From contig CM119268.1 in the NCBI GenBank assembly GCA_051294375.1, forward strand, positions 9,866,370 to 9,930,369: a DNA stretch of 64,000 nucleotides, read 5' to 3'. The stretch's first letter is position 1, and each line of letters begins with the position of its first letter. Positions 55,101-64,000 of the stretch are shown in pieces. The position numbers and the translations under genes were made by a program. The DNA comes from Paraspadella gotoi (lineage: Eukaryota; Animalia; Chaetognatha). A model generated the notes under the pieces. It did no database searches. It saw only the letters and a program-made list of their open reading frames with translations, and was not told the DNA's origin.

Positions 55101-58100
55101 TACGAAGATTGGAAGAGTGATTTTAGTTCCTGATATAGTCATTCTTGGCGACCTCATTTTTTTTTATTTGACATCGTGATCAGAGGTTCTATCAGTTTCA
55201 AGTTCTCCATATATTTTTAGGTGGAGACGAGGGAGAGAGGAGGAAAAGACGAAATGATTCAGATCAAAGAAGATTTCTATTATTTGGAGCGATCCTTTCG
55301 CCTCATCATGTTGGGCCACACGCTTTTGTCCTTCTGCCCTTCTCATAGGCTACTACTACCTTAAGGCGGAGCGATGATGGTTTTTCACTTTTGAAAAAAA
55401 ACATTTGTATGTAGCACAGAATTTCTCATATTGAAAATAAATTTTATACTCACTATACCCCCTTCTGCTTGTGATGACGTTTAAAGATTATCTTCTTANN
55501 NNNNNNNNNNNNNNNNNNNNNNNNNNNNNNNNNNNNNNNNNNNNNNNNNNNNNNNNNNNGAAACCCTTGGCTTTGGCCGAGGGTGTCTCCTCCTCTTCAG
55601 ACTCTTCACTGTCGCCATAAGCACGGGCGAGGGCCTCCGACATCCTTGCCTTAAGGTTAAGAGAGAAAGACATATTAAGAAGATAATCTTTAAACGTCAT
55701 CACAAGCAGAAGGGGGTATAGTGAGTATTAAAAATTTATTTTCAATATGAGAAATCTGTGCTAACATACAAAATGTTTTTTTTTCATATATTTGGCATAA
55801 ATTCTTCTTATGACGTCGTAAATTTAACCATCGCAAATGTTAGTTTTTTGAATAGATTTCAACAAGAATTTTCAATGCGATTGTTATATTTTNNNNNNNN
55901 NNGTTAGTTTTTTGAATAAATTTCAACAAGAATTTTCAATGGGATTGTTATATTTTTAATTATTTTTATGCTCATGACACAAAACTTCTATCTTTTCTGA
56001 TGAGCAGGCCCTGTGGTTCTTGAGCCTGTTCACGCCTAGCAGCATGTTGGGCGGCTACCGAATTCTCCGCAGCATGACGCCAATGGAAATCTTCGTCGGC
56101 ATACTCAAGCTCTTCGCTCAAGTTGCTCTCCTCGGACTCACGATCGGCTTCACCATCGTTGTGTTAGTCTCGTTCCGGAGCGAATGAATTATTTTAAAAA
56201 AGATTAATGCTGCTTTCGTGTTGTTGCGGTAGTAGTTTTATGGACCTGTTGGTGAAGTAAAATTTGTCATTTTTTTAGAACTGCGATTCGGTTCGTTCTG
56301 TTTATGATGAAAGGAGTTGAAAAGAAGGAAGAAGTTGCCGCAACTGCGCCTCCTTTAGTAAAGGTAATATTAATTAAATTGAGATTGAATGCCATAATTA
56401 ACACCGTACTGTGACGTATATGCTTCATCGCAGCCGCCTCCATTAGAAGTCCCGGAATCTGGAATCGGCGGCGGCGGCGGCGAGGGAGGACCGATCCAAG
56501 CTTTCGGCATCGACATTTCTAAGAACGCCGACGGGTAAGTTGCCATTGTCATTGATTCCGGCCAAGGGAGGCGTGCGATTTATAACGATTAGTCGCTTTT
56601 CGTCGCTTTAGTTGTTTCGACTTGTTAAGAAATTAACTTTGGATATTACTCCTAAACTAATTGCATGTGTACAAACCTTTTCCCGAGGTAGTTGGTAATT
56701 GAAGATTTTCCATGATAATGGCTGGAAAGAAATATTCCATTGATTAGTCGTTTTGTTTTTTTTTNNNNNNNNNNTTTTTTTTTGTAGTAATATAGCCGCA
56801 GGTGAAGCTCAAAAAGCAGCATTCGTCGCCGCTGCTTGGAAGGCCTCTGCAGGGTACGCTACTATGCTGAAGCTACCACAAAAATAATGGCGATTCACCT
56901 TTTGACCAATTTTGCAATTTTTTTGACATACCTCACAAACTAAAATTATTAACAAAAAAAAACCACAAAAACAAAAAAAAACACGAAAAATAAACAAGAG
57001 TTTGAAACTGTGTATCTAGTTAAAACATTTTCAGTTTGCATTGGTTTTCCACAATCATATCTTCTTTTTTTACATTTAATTACTGAGTTGTTGTTTTTTT
57101 TTTTTTTTACTCAAACAACTATGATATAAGCAATTAAAAAAAACACATTGTGAAAAAGCAATCGCTTTGCATGATCAAACAGATTTGGGAGCTAAGAGTT
57201 AAGTTGCTTTACTACCAAAATATTTTTTTTTTAATTTGATGCAATTTTTTTCATAATTTACTTTGCCTTGGATAGTACAAGTCTTTTTCTCATGGTGATT
57301 TTATCTGAAAAATATGTATTTATGTTTGGATTGAAATGAAAGGTGCGCTCGCGATCATTTAAATTACCTTGTTTATTTTTTATAATTTTCACATTATTTG
57401 CATAATTATTATTACCAGTAATTCCAGTATTATTTTATAGGTACAAGATGAGTTTACCGGATAAACCAGAGACGCCAACTGATACAACAGAGCCAGAATC
57501 GTAAGTAAATAATGAATACAAATAAGTTTCATCAAAAATCGGTTCCATGTTTTAATGCTTGGCTTGTCGTTTTCTTTTATTTCACGCCGCTTGGATGTTT
57601 TTCTTTCATACTAAATAACGTAGCCTACCTTCAACTCCTGGCTTTCCATTCAGTCCAGGGGAACCATTAAAACTAGATGCGTGCACTACTAATAAAAATG
57701 GTGCCTCTACTTTTAGTAAGAATGCTAAAAAAATAGCCAGAATTTTTTAATAAAAAATTAATTAACAATTAATTAAACTTAAATTAAAATGAAAAGGTTT
57801 TAAAGAATTCGAGTTTTCTTCGGATGGCGCCAGCACTTGCGCTCAAACCCCTTTGGCTTTTGAAACCCACCCGACTGAATTTTTACCGCGTGGCCCAGAC
57901 TTTAGCCTTTATGAAAATGTCGCTAAAAAGTGAGTGCGTTTGTTTAATTTTAACGTACATTGAACGATAAAAAAGCGCAAGTTATAATATAAGGTAATTT
58001 ATATCTTTTCCTAGAGCGGCGGATGTTGCACCAGAATTTCCTCAAGGAAAAGACAAGCTGCAAAAGTTTTGCGTAAAAGAACGTCTTTTGTTTAAAAAAA

Positions 58101-61100
58101 ATTGATAATATTCCGTTTTGTTAATATTTTTGTTTGCATTGTCCCAGTGTATGCTTGCAAGGAACTTTTAACGATGAAGAACATTGCCCTCATTCTTGCC
58201 TTCGTCATCAACTTTATTCTTTTGTTCTATCGGTAAGAGACGAGATTATGAAAAAAAAATTACAAATTGAGTGGAATGTCTCCGAAGAGCATTAAAAAAA
58301 AAAAAAAAGAAGAAACCGTTTCACTGTTTTTGTCGTATTCTACGTAAATCTTCACATTCTTGCTTCTAGGTCGTCGAGATCGGAACGGAAGGCGAAGACG
58401 GCGACGCCGGCGGCAAACGGAGACGAAGTCGATTCGACCGCGGTTGTCGCCGACGCCGGTGGGTCACGCTACGTTTGAATTTCCGTGTATTCAATACTGA
58501 CTGACTGAAGATGAGTACGAAAAATTGGAAAGGAGTGACTTTAGTTCCTGTATAAGTCATTCCTTGGGGAGACCTCATTTGACATCGTGATCAGAGTTTC
58601 TATTCAGTTTCAGTTCTCCATATATTTTTTAGGTGGAGACGAAGGAGAAGAGGAGGAAAAAGACGAAATGATTCAGATCAAAGAAGATTTCTATTATTTG
58701 GAGCCGATCCTTCGCCTCATCATGTTGGGCCACACGCTTTTGTCCTTCTGCCTTCTCATAGGCTACTACTACCTTAAGGCGAGCGATGATGGTTTTTCAC
58801 TTTTTGTTTCTTGTCGTAGAATTCAGAAGTTCATCTTTTTGATTGATTTTTTTGGGGGTCATTTTTATGACTAATTTTTATTATTTTACTTATCTCGTTT
58901 TAATTTTTCCTTTCTTCAAGAAATATTCTGTTTATTGCAAACATTTCAAACGTTATTAATTATAGAATATTTTGTTTCATATTAGGTGCCTCTTATCATC
59001 TTCAAACGCGAGAAGGAAATTTCTCGTTTGATGGAATTCGAGGGTCAATGGATAACTGAGAAGCCGTCGGAGGATGACCTCAGAGGTGATTCATTGATGG
59101 GTTGATTTGATTGGTTGATTAGAAACTACGCAAATACAATTGATTTATTGATTGGTTGATTAATAATCGGCAAAATTAACAGATTTATTGTTTGGTTGAT
59201 TAATAATCTCTAAAATAAAATTGTTTTATAGTGATGGTGTGATAGTATGATGGTGTGATAGAAACTTGAACCTTCGTAAATTAATTGTATCACTGATCTT
59301 AATGATTGATTAGATTTATTCTTTGGACCGCTTGTTTTATTGTTTTTGAAGGTCACTGGGACGGACTCGTGATATCGTCGTCTTCCTTTCCTCTCAATTA
59401 TTGGGACAAATTCGTCAAGAAAAAGGTTTGAGAAGTCATATAAGAATTCGTGAACGTGATTCTGTTTAAAACAGGTTGGAGTAAAAAACTAAAAGTTAAA
59501 AAAATCATTTTCAGGTGAAATCAAGATACGCGGAAGACGTAGAGGAAGAGGCGCTAAATTCTCTCTTGGGTCTCGACAAAGGAGAGTCGGATCAACCGAA
59601 GAAAAAGAAATCCAGAGGCGAGCCACTTCCCTTTTGTTTGTCTTTTATTTTTGTTTACCGACAAGACTCGTACCAAGCTTTGTAGTTCTAACCCCTAGGG
59701 CCAGGCCTAGCATAATGCTTACCCATCGCCCCTCAATAATGAGACCTGACACTTTCTGCGCAGGTGCCTTCGCCTGGATCGAGGAGACCGACTGGAGATA
59801 CCAAATCTGGAAATCTGGCGTCATCTTCACCGACATGTCATTTCTTTACATCTTTTGGTAATTCATTCGTTATGGTATTTCATTTGTTTTAAGCCGTGTC
59901 TCGGGAATTACCACCAACCCATCTGCGACTCCCTCCTCCCTATCCTCGTCAAAGGTACTTTGTGTTCTCTGCGGTCGGCAACTTCAACTTCTTTTTCTTC
60001 GCGGCGCACTTACTCGACATCGCGGTCGCCATCAAGGATCTGGGCACGATTCTCAGATCCGTCACTCACAACGGAAAGTCGCTCCTGCTCACCACTGGAT
60101 TTTTGACCATCGTAAGTAACTGTGACAAACGGGCGAAGCGGCGAATACAAGAGTTCGTGAGATGGATTTAGAATGGTTTCAATCGCTACAGACTTTAGCT
60201 CACCAGCTGGCATACTACATTGGTCTATATACTACATCTATCTCGATTTCCTTCTTTTCCGCTACTGTTATTCGAAATTGGTTTAAAAATGAATAGCAGA
60301 CTGTAAATAGCTATGATTATTGTACATAACCAATAACCATGGAAATAATTTAAATTTGTTTTCTAATATTTTTTTTACAGGTGTGCTATTGCTACTCTGT
60401 GATCGCGTTTACGTTCTTCCGCCGCATGTACGTGCAGGAGGACGAGGAGTCCGGGGAATCGGACGCCAAGTGTCACGACATGATGGAATGCTTTAAGGTG
60501 AATCATCCATCATTTTGAGTTTATGATACGTTGAATTAAAAACAATCGATTATTCGATCCTAGTTTCACTTGTATTCCGGGGTGCGCGCTGGAGGCGGCA
60601 TCGGAGACGAACTTGACGCTCCCTACGGAGATCCACTGGAGTATTGGCGAATGGTCTTCGACTATTCCTTCTTCTTGTTCGTCATCATCATCCTGCTCGC
60701 CATCATTCAAGGTCAATACCTAAACCAGCACAAAAATACGAGTCACTTTTTCTGTCTTAAGGTTAACTTGTTCTTTTGTCTCCCCGGAAAGGTTTGATTA
60801 TCGACGCCTTTGGCGAACTCCGCGGTCAGTTGGAGCAAGTCAAGGAGGACATGGAGTCCAAGTGTTTCATATGCGGAATCGGCGCTGATTATTTTGACAA
60901 AACGCCGCATGGATTCGAGACACACACAATGAAGGAGCATAACTTCGCCAACTATCTCTTTTTCTTAATGCATCTCATTAACAAGCCAGATACTGAATAT
61001 ACGGGTCAGTGTATCATTCTAACGATGTTATCTACTAGTATTATTGGTAAATAATGATTAAATTTCTCATCCTGTCTTGTCTAGGCCAAGAAACGTACGT

Positions 61101-61188
61101 TTGGGAAATGTACCAACAAAGGTGCTGGGACTTCTTCCCAGTGGGTGACTGCTTTAGAAAGCAGTACGAGGACGAACTTTCGGGCTGA
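696..61188 (+). CDS. RyR: Ryanodine receptor (SR/ER Ca2+-release channel), multi-exon, 5'-partial
   Basis: Hand-spliced exons give RyR hallmarks in the expected order: [10 protein letters not shown] (SPRY2 start, 696-792, between gaps); [18 protein letters not shown]; GLQEGYEPF; [13 protein letters not shown]; [11 protein letters not shown]; [26 protein letters not shown]; CaM-binding [19 protein letters not shown]; [10 protein letters not shown]; EF hands; [14 protein letters not shown]; pore [10 protein letters not shown]; CFICG zinc finger; C-terminus [20 protein letters not shown] (TGA 61186-61188). Scattered frameshifts (e.g. ~1775, ~27330) look like sequencing errors. Confidence 0.98.
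1733..9825 (+). CDS. RyR: RyR exons: SPRY2/SPRY3 with the intervening divergent (DR2-like) region
   Basis: Exons 1733-1812, 3439-3546, 3722-3917, 4034-4148, a run of short DR2 exons, then 8235-8402 ([13 protein letters not shown]), 8976-9041, 9336-9443 and ~9561-9647 (TKLFPAV). Intron phases are mutually compatible. Confidence 0.9.
1868..3200. mobile_element. Non-autonomous hAT-like DNA transposon
   Basis: Imperfect 16-bp TIRs (TAGAGTTCCGATAACC ... GGTTAACGGAACCCTA), 8-bp TSD GTTACCAT (1860-1867 and 3201-3208), and subterminal TTAACGGTTA repeats. An 8-bp TSD with TAG- termini fits hAT. Confidence 0.85.
2467..2662 (-). mobile_element. Penelope-like pseudo-LTR remnant: inverted repeat enclosing a hammerhead motif
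   Basis: ~55-bp inverted arms (2467-2521 / 2566-2621). The minus strand reads CTGATGA-GGACT..AGTTC-GAAAC-ATGTC. The tail TTATCTATAAACGCAACGAAAAG resembles 21591-21615. Confidence 0.7.
7008..7113 (+). repeat. ~31-32-bp minisatellite, ~3.3 copies
   Basis: Repeated GCGCCACGGCTGTCTACCGTCTAGCTTTTTT unit. Confidence 0.9.
8655..8848 (-). mobile_element. tRNA-derived SINE
   Basis: Minus-strand head AGCGGCC...GGTCGCT (8774-8848) forms a tRNA-like acceptor stem with A-box-like TGGTGCAGGAGG and B-box GGTTCTAGCCC, followed by a non-tRNA body. The anticodon arm does not pair well. Confidence 0.7.
12074..12121 (+). ncRNA. Minimal type I hammerhead ribozyme motif (Penelope-type), GAAA mutated to GAAT
   Basis: AACG-CTGATGA-AGGCTT-loop-AAGCC-GAATC-ATGTC-CGTT. 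Confidence 0.65.
12234..12430 (+). repeat. (GA)n/(GAAA)n microsatellite; similar tracts near 4355, 5773, 17110, 25207, 35455, 38157, 52130
   Basis: Simple repeats read directly from the sequence. Confidence 0.95.
12816..16587 (+). CDS. Nested two-exon gene: ~961-aa signal-peptide, multi-pass membrane protein of unknown family
   Basis: ORF 12816 starts with ATG and a hydrophobic signal peptide and has donor AG|GTATAA at 13711/13712. ORF 14554 has acceptor TTCCCCTCCTCAG|A at 14597/14598. The phases match (DVFR-ILFY), giving 896+1990 nt. About 9 hydrophobic segments; host-like GC3 codon use; 10-nt gap at 15068-15077. It lies inside RyR intron ~11738-17334. Confidence 0.85.
13841..14494 (+). repeat. 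Diverged ~200-bp direct repeat pair, hairpin-rich, in the intron of the nested gene
   Basis: 13841-14050 and 14303-14494 both run TATGGCAACAGCCGGGTTGCC...CCCCTCTGAGCCAATGG. The spacer holds a further TAGGCGTTTGTCGTAGC.TACCC duplication. Confidence 0.9.
17741..18465. mobile_element. Foldback MITE with long diverged TIRs
   Basis: GAAGGCTTCATATTAGAAAA..TTCGAACCGAGAAT.GGTTC is mirrored at 18407-18461. Inner arms AAATGGGACTATCGAGG / CCTCGATAGTCCCATTT. Arms run ~200 bp. Confidence 0.85.
21501..21550 (+). ncRNA. Minimal type I hammerhead ribozyme motif (Penelope-type), intact core
   Basis: AATG-CTGAAGA-AGGCTT-GTACCT-AAGCC-GAAAC-ATGTC-CATT, with palindromic ACATGT in place of helix III and a GUC cleavage triplet. 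Confidence 0.78.
25295..25950 (+). mobile_element. 5'-truncated, degenerate non-LTR retrotransposon (RT C-terminal part)
   Basis: [28 protein letters not shown] is the typical LINE RT thumb motif (KFLG..D..L.W..HI). It is frameshifted, AT-rich and flanked by (CT)n. Confidence 0.8.
27700..33950 (-). repeat. Inverted near-identical copy of 21005-27674 (RyR exons and introns), probable artefact
   Basis: Base-for-base reverse complement with indels. The fold point is an N gap (27675-27699) and there is a garbled patch at 29200-29700. Confidence 0.92.
36686..36756 (+). repeat. Tandem duplication of ~34 bp in an intron
   Basis: AAAAATGAGGATAAATGAGCATAGAATTTCTAGT occurs twice. Confidence 0.9.
39527..39640 (+). 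CDS. RyR: RyR calmodulin-binding exon
   Basis: [30 protein letters not shown] matches the RyR CaM-binding segment (RyR1 ~3614-3643). Confidence 0.93.
39932..39974 (-). ncRNA. Minimal type I hammerhead ribozyme motif (Penelope-type), intact core
   Basis: Minus strand: AACG-CTGATGA-AGGCTT-GAAATG-AAGCC-GAAAC-ATGTC-TGTT. Confidence 0.78.
41041..43015 (+). CDS. RyR: RyR central domain/RIH-associated and EF-hand exons
   Basis: [78 protein letters not shown] / [23 protein letters not shown]. Confidence 0.95.
43675..46328 (-). CDS. SRSF4/5/6: SR splicing factor, SRSF4/5/6 (B52/SRp55) family, nested antisense in RyR intron 43016-48025
   Basis: RRM1 RIYVGRL...[20 protein letters not shown]; RRM2 with the diagnostic [16 protein letters not shown]; RS exon [14 protein letters not shown] (44105-44216). 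Last exons are ~43762-43858 and 43675-43699 (SRSPSRE*); these terminal exon choices are less certain. Confidence 0.93.
48481..48522 (-). ncRNA. Degenerate hammerhead motif of a second Penelope-like family
   Basis: Minus strand: CCA-CTGATGA-TGGCATA-loop-TATGCC-AAAA-TATA-TGG. A related half-site TTATGCCGAAATATATG occurs at ~52266-52282. Confidence 0.45.
48973..52096. mobile_element. ~3.1-kb TIR DNA element, no transposase recognised
   Basis: Left end AGCGCGGCAGATAAATACAGA...CTTGTGC...AATTTTTTCCCGTTTCTATCGATTTTATA. Right end (reverse complement) AGCGCGGAGCATAAATACAGAG...TTTGTGC...AATTTTTTCCGTTCTATCGATTTTATA. TIR is ~140 bp; the left flank is hidden by a gap. Confidence 0.8.
52096..58800 (+). 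repeat. Tandem duplicate of RyR DR1/S1-S2 exons with a small inverted piece (55560-55815), probable haplotype/assembly duplication
   Basis: 52480-55390 matches 55817-58800 with indel differences. N gaps lie at the joints. Confidence 0.88.
58633..61188 (+). CDS. RyR: RyR transmembrane, pore and C-terminal exons
   Basis: GYYYLK|[83 protein letters not shown]. Confidence 0.97.
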
Positions 61189-61784
61189 AAATGTCGGCTT
61201 TCGATGGCTACACTTTGAAATGACCCCAAAAATGCGCGTTTCATCGGAGAACTCGAGAATTAGTGTCAGTTATATCGTGAAAAAGATTTGTGCATTTCTT
61301 CGCGGTTTCTTGTACATTAAGGCTTTTAATGTTTTGTTGGTTGTTTGTAGTTGATTTGGATTTTTCCTTCCCTTGAAGTTTATCTCCCTTAGAATCTCGA
61401 GGAAAATTGACGAGTTATTTATCCTCACTTGGTATTTTATTCCCTTCGACGGCTCTAGTCTGAAGTGTTTTTCATTTTAACTCAATTACTAATAATTTTA
61501 TACTTAGCTAGTTTTTGATGAGAGGTGGCCGCGATGTCGGCTTCGCAAAGACATTTTCTTCATGTTAGCAACTGTCCCTAATTATTATCATGAAAACCTG
61601 TCTCTGCCGCCGCTATTGTAGCTCTCCTACGTTTCATTTGGCATCTTTCGTTTAATTTAGTAATTGTATCCACACGAGGGCTACGGTTAAACTTTATCCG
61701 TTCTTATAGAACTGCGCAGTATTAATGTTTTCCATTTGTTTTTACATACGCCACTGAATTTTGTCTACTGATTAATAGGTACGA

Positions 61785-61838
61785 ATAAAGTTTGTCAATT
61801 TCTGTGTCTACTAGTGATATTATCGAATGGTAATAAAA
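61785..61838 (+). terminator. Candidate RyR polyadenylation signals
   Basis: AATAAA at ~61785 and ~61833, about 600 nt after the stop and just before the convergent protease 3' end. Confidence 0.5.
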
Positions 61839-62005
61839 CACTGATACTCCTAAATCTTTTTCTGACTTAGATTGAATAAGCATAACTCGATGTTTCAGCT
61901 AAAGAATGAAATAAACATAAAGCTTAGAACTCGGTTTAAAATCATATTTTTTCAAATGATTAATAAATATTTAAACGTCTAATTTTGCGGTCGTTTGTAG
62001 GTAGG

Positions 62006-63943
62006 TTATGCCTGTCCCGTAGCGGGAATTTCTTGATTGGTGTGGTCAGAAATCCAAGACCTATTAAGAGTCAAAATGTTTTTTGAATACTTCAGGCGTA
62101 AACTAGATAAGTCAGTAAGTTAAACAAGAATTGAAAGTAAAATCGTATTGATAGCAAAATATAAGTCATAACAGCAATATGATTCATTTTCGTTGGAACA
62201 ACCGACAAACCTGAAAGCGGCGACTTCAGTGAAGACTCCCGGTCTTCCCGAGCAAGTCCCCGGTCCGAAAGAGACGACACCGATGACGTCGTAAGAGCCG
62301 CTGTCATTTGGGCAAACGAGCGGACCGCCGGAGTCGCCCATGCAGGCCGACCACTTGTATGGGTCGCCGAATCCAACCACGTCTAGACAAAAAAAAAAAA
62401 AAAAAACAATTTGGAATGATATTCATGTTATTACGAAACAAAGTCAGTTTATATGATAATTTGATGATAATTTATGTATAATTTTTCATAAAGAGAAAAA
62501 AATAGCGATCCTCAATAAAACAAAGGAGAAAGTTTCATGAGAATAAAGAGCAGCTAAAAAAGGGGATCATCAATCAAAGTCAAAGAAATAAGAATTAAAT
62601 AAATAATTTTTATATTGGTTGTACCAATTTCATAAAAATTAGCAAAAAAAGGCAGCGACGATTAAAGTAGATAATGTATTGTACTTGGTGGCAAGAAGGA
62701 TCCATATTGTCCTCTGAGATCGGACGCGGACCAGATATTTCCAGTTACTTTTTGCAATCGATCGGCCAACTGTTGTGGCCACCGTTTGATAAGACCCCAG
62801 CCGGAGAGAATGCAATTCGAATGTTTTCTATAATCCTTGTTGGGCAAACAGGCAGAACCTAAGTGAAGTGTGAATTCACAAATAATTATTTGCCTGACCG
62901 GTCGACTAGTTATGCACAGAACGGTTGTCCCTTAGCCAGAACCTGCGTAAGCGCCACTTAAGTCGATATCCCGATTAACTCTCAACAGCGCAATGTCGTT
63001 CTGAAACTGTTTCGGGTGGGTTGGTGATAAGTGATATAACATTCTCTACGAGCTTTGGGTCCATTCGTGAAAATAAAACCTGCTGCGGAGAAGAAAAGGA
63101 AGGATGGGAATAAAGCGTTTCGACGAGGAAATCATTTTCCGTTCCGTCATTACGGTTGAGATACCACTCGCCGACGCGAATCTGGACGAACGAAATAAAA
63201 GTTTACGGCGTCCATTATCAATTGGCACTTCCCCCCCCCCAGAATAATTTGTTATGTGGATTTCGACAATTTTTTATTATTTTAGAATTTATTATTTTAG
63301 ATTATTTTTAATTCATTTGATAACAGGTACGAAAAAGGATTATCAATTTTGTGCATACTGCTGGACGTAAGTTGTAGTTGTTCGTCCACAATACCTTGTA
63401 ATCACTTGCTCTTTCGGATTGCCCGAAGCAGTGCGCCGCGCACAAAATCCACCTCTGCGGGACAAACAAATAGGAGAAAAAAAAAATTAGGAAAACGAAC
63501 AATAAATAAAGAAAAGAAAATCAAAAAGAAAAAAAAATAAACAACAAAAGATTAGAAGATTCGAACCTTATTGAGAATAGTTCCGCCGCAAATGTGGCCA
63601 TGGTTTTTGTATCTCAAGGAGATTTGCCAAGGGAATTCTCCGTGGCCGGCATTTTCGCCATTGATGATTCTGCTGCTGGCGCCTTTCTTACCGCACTCTA
63701 AAAATGGCGTGAAAAATAGAGAAAAAATGATTAAAAGAAGTACGTAATTATTTTAATATCAGATATAAACTATTTATGAATGAACTCTGAATTGTGTGTT
63801 CTTATTTTATACATATAATACATAATGCTTAGAAAATTTATTTTTCAATACGAAGAGAGATGAGTGTATGGTGAGGTAGACTTACGCTTGAATGCAGCAA
63901 CGGAACCTAGTAGAAACAACGCGACACATAAAACGAGCTTCAT
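62006..63943 (-). CDS. Secreted S1A serine protease, chymotrypsin-like
   Basis: Signal peptide MKLVLCVALFLLGSVAA; activation site CGKKGASSR|IING; FPWQISL, HICGG, WILCAAHC (His), NDIALLR (Asp), SACMGDSGGPLVC (Ser). Ser at position 189 indicates chymotrypsin-type specificity. Stop at 62006-62008. Confidence 0.95.
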
Positions 63944-64000
63944 TTTTGCGATCTAATTTCACGATCTCATTTCTCAAGCTTTATAGAAAAAATTTTTCAT

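Overview
Animal (invertebrate) genomic DNA from an error-rich draft assembly, with GC3-rich exons, short AT-rich introns and N gaps. Almost the whole window is one + strand ryanodine receptor (RyR) gene, running from SPRY2 (the 5' end lies upstream of the window) to the stop at 61188. Two genes are nested in its introns. One is a two-exon, same-strand gene for a ~961-aa signal-peptide/multi-TM protein of unknown family (12816-16587). The other is an antisense SRSF4/5/6 (B52-like) SR splicing factor (43675-46328) with a candidate poison exon. A chymotrypsin-like protease gene converges on the RyR 3' end. Introns also hold Penelope-type minimal hammerhead ribozyme motifs with covarying stems, a hAT-like element with an 8-bp TSD, a foldback MITE, a 3.1-kb TIR element seen beside an apparent empty allele, a tRNA-derived SINE and a LINE RT fragment. 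A 6.2-kb inverted copy (27700-33950) and a ~3.3-kb tandem copy (52096-58800) of RyR exons look like assembly or haplotype artefacts. All exon calls were made by hand from GT/GC-AG sites and recalled RyR motifs; no searches were run.
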